Shown here: positions 57,851-64,000 of the stretch, in pieces
Layout of the letters: each line of letters starts with the position of its first letter
Numbering within the stretch: position 1 is the first letter of the stretch
Assembly (NCBI RefSeq): GCF_036321535.1
Contig: NC_087436.1
Coordinates: 24,120,001-24,184,000, forward strand
Source: Camelus dromedarius
Taxonomy: Eukaryota
DNA: 64,000 nt
Reading direction: 5' to 3'
Translations under genes and position numbers: made by a program
The notes under the pieces: model-generated
What the model was told of the DNA's origin: nothing
The model's database searches: none
What the model saw: the letters and a program-made list of their open reading frames with translations, nothing else

Positions 57851-60800
57851 CATAAAAGTGATTGAAGAGTTGTCAATGAATCCATTTTACAAAGGAGATA
57901 GTGAACGGTAACTCTCTGGGTTTAAAACCGGGCAGTGTGTGTCTGTGAGGTTCAGACAAATCAGAGGAAGCAATACACCCAAGATGACCCACCCCCATCC
58001 TTCCTCCACTCTTCCTTGTCCTTCTGGCTCTTGTGTCTTCCACCGACCCTTCCTCTTTCTCTTCTGTCTGTGAGGATGCCTGGTGTTCCTGTATAACCAC
58101 CTGCCAGCTGGCCCCTCCCTCTCTCCCTCCCCTCCTGCTGGTCTCTCCGGCTCTGTGTGTGCCCCTTGGACCCTCTCTCCTGCACCCTCTGCAGGTACCT
58201 CTCTCCATCACTCTGCGTCCATACCTGGCTCTGCTGTTCCCGTCCCCTTGTCTCTCTCACACACACACACACACTCCCAGATGTAAGGCTTTGTCACAGG
58301 TTGGGCTCAGAAGGGGGCCTTGAGATTCACTGTGCTCTGTCGATAGGTAGGTAAAACAGTCGAGGGGGTTGGGGTCCCAAAAGGAATTAACTGGTGAGGA
58401 AATAAGGCTCTGTTCCCTGTGTGAGCCAAAGTCTGACTGGGGGAAACCTGGGGATGTGTTTTTCTACTGAATCTGGACATCTGCTGTGGAAGGAATTATG
58501 TCAGGAAGCAGGTAGTTTCATCAGCATCGTAACAGAAATGTGGACGATTCCATGTGGTGGGGAATAAAGAAGGAACTGTATGCTCGCCCCCAAAATGGCT
58601 GGCGCCGAGGAGGGCATACGATGCCATGGTCTCAGGAGATTCACTCAGAGCCGTCTCAGTCCAGCTCCTGCATGACTAGCTCTTTCCTTAGCTGCTTTTC
58701 TATGACAAAATATTATCTTGTGTTAGAGTTAGGAATAGGAACTAATCTGTAGGAGTATGTCCACAAATGGGCATCTGAATGGACTCACAAATAAACAACT
58801 GTAAGGACTGAATTTCCAACACAAAGGATGATGAGATTAAAAAAGCAACAGGCAAGGAAGACTTGAGTTTCGCAGGACCTGTTCTTATTTTAACCTGCTT
58901 CATCCCTGGTCTGCCCGAGAAACTGAGAAGGAAACCGGTTGTTCAAGACCTCTTTGAACTTGACTGGGGCTGCAGTTAAACTGATTTGCCCTCTGGGGGA
59001 TCTTCACACTTGAAAAATAATTTCCTTGTCACCAACAACCTGAAAAGGCCAAAGTGGAGGCCAAGTATAACCATTTACAACATTTAATTATAACAAGTGA
59101 AACTGCAGTGACTGTGAACAGTGAATTCAAGGCTTGTCTTCTCAGTGAGTCAGTATGTGGCACTTGAGTAAATTTCCTTTAATATATGAAATTTTAAATC
59201 ACTCACTGCAAAATGCATTTAAGATCTTCCAGGAAAGGTATCGTTTTCTGTTTTGCTTTGTTTGAAAACAGTTGCCTCAAGTTTCTGTCTTAAGAGTAGT
59301 GATTTAGAATCCAGACATCTTTTGTTTTAGAAAAACAAGCAAAAACCATGTTGCAAGACTGATAGTTGTCATGTTTAGTTGCCACAGATCAAAGGTTTAC
59401 AAAATATATTAAATTTACATCTACTTGAGATAACTTGATAGATTGGTTTTTTTTTTTCCCCTTTGATCTTTCCCTTCAGGAATTTGAAGCTTCAGTGTCC
59501 ATTTTGATTTTAAAAATACTAAATTGTAATGGTTTTATTTTGCCAAGTGTGTGCAGACATATTCAAAGCAATGACACTATTTCAAGCCATACAACTACAG
59601 GGATGGAAACCCTTTTCACAAATTTTAATGTGTTTGTATGTAAATAGATGTTTGTATGAAATATTTTCATGGTAGAATGAATATATTTAAATGAAGTTGA
59701 ATTATTCCAGTGCTATTTAAACAAATTACAAAATTTTTTTGGTGAGAATTATCTGAGTCTATTGAGATAGAACGCAGATCAACTTTGATTTTTACAAAAT
59801 CAAAAGCCTACAGATAACTCTGACTCGTGGCAACTTCCCCGCGTTGTTGCACCTGACGTGGAGAGAGCTTGTAGGCTTCCCCAGTGCCTCAGCCGCTTCC
59901 TGGTGGAAGTTAGGTGCTCGTGGAGGTGTGTCACCACCTTTAGTGACATCACTCCAGGCCTCTGGGGGCCTGTGAGTGACTCAGAGGCATTAGAGACACC
60001 GGTGCAGTTATCCGGAGCACAATTTCTTTGCAGGGCAGCAGAATCAGAAGCCAGACGTGGCCGTGTGAACCTCAGAACTGGGTTTCCTGGCCACCATCCA
60101 CCGCCACCCTTACTGCCTAGTCTCACACGGCAGGGAGGCTGCCCTCAGTGGAGTTGGGGTTCAGACCCCCGGGTGGGACTTCACGGTTTTGCCAGCAGTC
60201 CCTGCCTCCTGGCCTCCACCTCGCAGAGAGGACGGAGGAGGGTGCTGCTGGCCAGGGGCCCATTTCTCAGCACAGTACACTTCCTGTCTCAGCTCTGGGA
60301 GACTATGCACCCAAGCACCCAACTTCCAACCAGAGAGAGACATCCTTGGATAATGCAGATCCCTGCCTCCTCTGTCTGTGACTTTACACATCATTGTTAG
60401 AAGTCGTTTTAACATCAAGACCAATCACATCCCTAGGACATACCTCCCAACTCCCCTGACTCTTACTGGAACACTCCCTTACAATGATATTCAACTTGAG
60501 TGGGTTGTTTTTTTTTTTCCACTTCGGTCCTGGATATAGTGAAATGATAAATATGATGACAGATTTTCACTGTGTATACTAGCAATATGTACACACATGC
60601 CGATGTATCTTAACATACAATTTGGTTACATTTTGGATGACTGTCGTTAATCTCAATTCATGTATTGGGAAACTACAGGGACTACGTCATGTCTGCTTTT
60701 CATAGAAGAAAGTTGGGTTCATGGTTCTGAGTGCCCTACTTTAAATGTTTTTCCTCCTCGGTTTTCTGTATTCTCTTTTTATCCTGAAATGCATTGATTA

Positions 60801-61165
60801 GGTTGTGAGGTATGTTTAAGGATTGGAAGCCAGGGGAATGCTTTCGGCATTTATTACAACCAAAAGTTAACCTCATCACAGTTAACGAGCATCTTTGATT
60901 GGTCTTTTGTGGAATCTGAACTAAATCTATGAGCCTTATTCAATATCTATAATTCTATGATTTTTTTAAATTATGGGAAATTAATGAAAGATGTTTACAT
61001 GAATAATGTTTGCCCTTACTGTGTTATGAATGAGTTTTTTGTAGTGTGTCTGGGTGCATGTGCAAGAGAGTAGGAAAAATGTTTCTGAAACAAAACTTGA
61101 CAAATATTTGTAATGAAAAGTAAATTTAAAGATTGCTATAATTGCGCTATAGAAACAATGCAAGT

Positions 61166-61171
61166 ATTAAA
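61166..61171 (+). terminator. Polyadenylation signal ATTAAA (AGTAAA variant at 61119)
   Basis: Variant hexamer ~14 nt before a CA and a downstream tgtcattgtctt element. Confidence 0.6.
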
Positions 61172-62061
61172 CAAAATATACAATCACCTGTCATTGTCTT
61201 CCTTTGGGCAGAAAGGCAGTAACAATTCTCATATCATGTCTACCCGTATATTTAAATTACTAAGCAAACTTTACATTTGAAGTTGTTTTAAAATATTGTT
61301 AACCTTTACCATTTTCAAAGCATGATAGGAAGACCCGAGGGAGGGGTACAGAAAGGTTAGGAACTTACTGTGTACTTGGCATGATGCCACATACACCCAT
61401 GAATCCAGAAAAATCAGCAACATCAGCCAAAGGTACCTGACTGACTACATAAATGTTAAGGGTGTTAAACATAAATGAGATATGTGATCAGGGGGAATAT
61501 CTGAAGAATGGTCACCTTCAACTCGTGGTTGAAGATACAGGAATGTTGTTAGGTGGTGTGGCACCTCTTGATCTTAGGACAGCTTTGAACCAAGGAAGCC
61601 AGGAATCCCTTACTTCTGCCCAATCACAGTCAACATTCCCAGACTCTCGCCTACAATGTTCACAAAGCCAATGACAAAGCGGGTATAAAAGTGCTTTGCT
61701 ATCAGCTGGGCCATCTGCCCAGGACCCCAAAGCAGTGAGTTCTAGTAGGCTGTGCCAGGCCACAGGAGGCAGTGAGGGGTCAAACTGAAGTAGTGTGCGA
61801 GCCCTCCTGCTTTATTTTACCTCCCTCAGTTGCCCGTTCCTTGATCCTATCACACTTTCTTCCACTGAAGCAAGTGAGATGACTCAACCTAAACCGGTGC
61901 TGGGTTGGCTCCACCACCTGGACCAAGACACACCTACATTCTGGAGCTTCAAGGCAGAGTTTCACCTACTAACACACACTATTAATATTCTCCCCCCTTG
62001 TGGGGGAGAAGGGTGAGATGAAAATTTTGATATAACTAAGGTAAGTCTAAGAAGCTAAACT

Positions 62062-62175
62062 GGGCCGGGGGAGGGTATAGCTCAGCGGTAGAGGATACAC
62101 TTAGCATGCACGAGGTCCTGGGTTCAATCCCCAGTGCCTCTGCTTTAAACAAACAAACAAACAAACAAACAACAA
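62062..62175 (+). mobile_element. tRNA-derived SINE (vic-1-like) with (AAAC)n tail
   Basis: gggagggtatagctcagcggtagaggatacacttagcatgcacgaggtcctgggttcaatcccc; TSD aagctaaact/aacctaaact. Confidence 0.92.
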
Positions 62176-62755
62176 AACCTAAACTCTCAAAAGTAAAGGA
62201 TTTGGAAACTGTTGTGGGTTAAGATGGGTATGGACTCAAGGGTGGTAGAATAAGGCAATGGGAGGGACATTGAGACGCAACTATTTTAGTTTCAGTGATG
62301 GTCCCACATAAACTTCTTACAGAATATCTGCCTTTGGATTTTAACATTCCAGACCATTTGGGCTGCTAATTCATACTAGACTTGAAATTATTTTAGTGGT
62401 CAGCTCTAGAATTAGAATTAGAGAACAATCATTCAGAAGGATTTTATGCATCTGACTGGTTGGGGGTTGTTCACTTAGAAAGTTCTGCCCCAAAAGTATT
62501 TTATAAAGCAAATGTTGCCTTTCTTATAAAAAGATGATGCAAATTCCCCTACAACATATTGGTCTGTGTTTTTCTTAAAGTTTTGTTTCTTTGTGAAAAC
62601 CCAAAGCCACAGTTTTGAATTTAGAGCTTCACTTCTCATAATGTACATAAAGACAAATGGCTCCATCTAGACTGCTACCAAATTTTCACTTTTGCAAGTA
62701 TCAGAATGCTTCCAAGCTTCAAGAAACAAAAACCCACCTCAGTACAGCTGAAGCA

Positions 62756-64000
62756 ATTTAATGCAATCCCTATCAAATTATTCATGTCATTTTTCACAGA
62801 ACTAGAGCAAATAATCCTAAAATTTATATGGAATCACAAACGACCCAGAATTCCCAAAGCAATACTGAAGAAAAAGAATAAAGCTGGAGGAAAAACCCTC
62901 CTAGACTTCAGACAATACTACAGAGCTACAGTAATCAAAACAGCATGGTATTGGCATAAAAATGGACATATGGATCAATGGAACAGAATAGAGAGCCCAG
63001 AAATAAACCCACACAACTATGGTCAATCTTCGACAAAGGAAGCAAGAATATATGATCGAGAAAAGACAGTCTCTTCAGCAAATGATGTTGGGAAAACTGG
63101 ACAGCAGCATATAAATCAATGAAGATAGAACACTCCCTCACACCATACACAAAAATAAACTCAAAATGGCTTAAAGACTTAAATATAAGACAAGATACAG
63201 TAAACTTCCTAGAAGAAAACATAGGCAAACATTACCTCACATAAATCTTAGCAATGTTCTCCTAGGGCAGTCTACCCAGGCAATAGAAATAAAAGCAAAA
63301 ATTAACAAACAGGACCTAATTAAACTTATAAGCATTTGCACAGCAAAGGAAACCATAAGTAAAACAAAACAAAAACCTACGGAATGGGAGAAAATATTTG
63401 CAAATGATGTTACTGACAAAGGTTTAATTTCCAGAATATACAAACATCTCATACAACTTAACAACAACAACAACAAATCCAATCCAAAAATGGCAGAAGA
63501 TCTAAACAAGCAATTCTCCAATAAAGACATACAAATGGCCAATAGGTACATGAAAAATGCTCAATATCACTAATTATCAGAGAAATGCAAATCAAAACTA
63601 CAATGAGGTATCACCCCACACCAGTCAGAATGGCCATCATTCAGAAGTTCACAAATGATAAATGCTGGAGAGGGTCTAGAGAAAAGGAAACTCTCCTACA
63701 CTGCTAGTGGGCATGTAGTTTGGTGCAGCCATTATGGAAAACAGTATGGACTCCTCAAAAAACTAAAAATAGACTTACCATGTGAGCCAGCAATCTCACT
63801 CCTTGGCATATATCCAAAGGGAACTCTAATTCAAAAAGATACATGCACCCCAGTGTTCACAGCAGCACCATTTACAATAGCGAAGACATGAAAGCAACCT
63901 AAATGTCCATCAACAGATGACTGGATAAAGAAGAAGTGGTATATTTATACAATGGAATACTACTCAGTGATTAAAAAAGAATAAAATAATGCCATTTGCA
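62756..64000 (+). mobile_element. 5'-truncated L1, disrupted ORF2 C-terminal half, running off the window
   Basis: FNAIPIKL...[31 protein letters not shown]...[16 protein letters not shown]; frameshifts split the ORF. Confidence 0.95.

Larger units (their letters stand above)
55617..61185 (+). other. SETD7: Probable long SETD7 3' UTR (~5.5 kb)
   Basis: Nearly free of young repeats, with AU-rich blocks; ends at ATTAAA 61166-61171 followed by a GT/T-rich tract. SETD7 mRNA is known to have a multi-kb 3' UTR. Confidence 0.7.

Noticed and set aside
59858..60400. 180-aa ORF within the 3' UTR
   Set aside because: GTG start, no recognisable homology, located in a locally GC-rich patch.
62706..63891. 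L1 ORF2-like ORFs as an active element or host gene
   Set aside because: 5'-truncated and frameshifted, with no ORF1 or endonuclease domain.
1..64000. A novel multi-gene or prokaryote-type system
   Set aside because: The window is explained by one conserved vertebrate gene, a retrocopy and repeats; other short ORFs look like chance.

Overview
Mammalian genomic DNA, probably camelid, judged from tRNA-derived SINEs resembling the vic-1 family. The window holds one complete protein-coding gene, SETD7 (SET7/9 lysine monomethyltransferase), on the + strand. Eight coding exons with GT-AG introns splice to 1101 nt (366 aa + stop) from 17036 to 55616. The gene has a CpG-island promoter and a probable ~5.5 kb 3' UTR ending near 61185. 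The rest is intron and intergenic DNA rich in L1, SINE, MIR, L2, LTR and DNA-transposon relics. Most notable: (1) a decayed antisense FTH1 retrocopy inserted ~13 nt after the exon 2 donor, later split by a solo LTR, which created two cryptic donors; (2) an unexplained 82-bp inverted repeat in intron 4; (3) inverted SINE and L1 pairs around exon 7; (4) an apparent C288R change near the SAM-binding motif; (5) a MER41-like LTR with a GAS motif upstream; (6) a perfect 61-bp tandem duplication; (7) a 3' UTR hairpin. I found no evidence for a new multi-gene system. Repeat family names and human-sequence comparisons are from memory and need RepeatMasker/BLAST confirmation.
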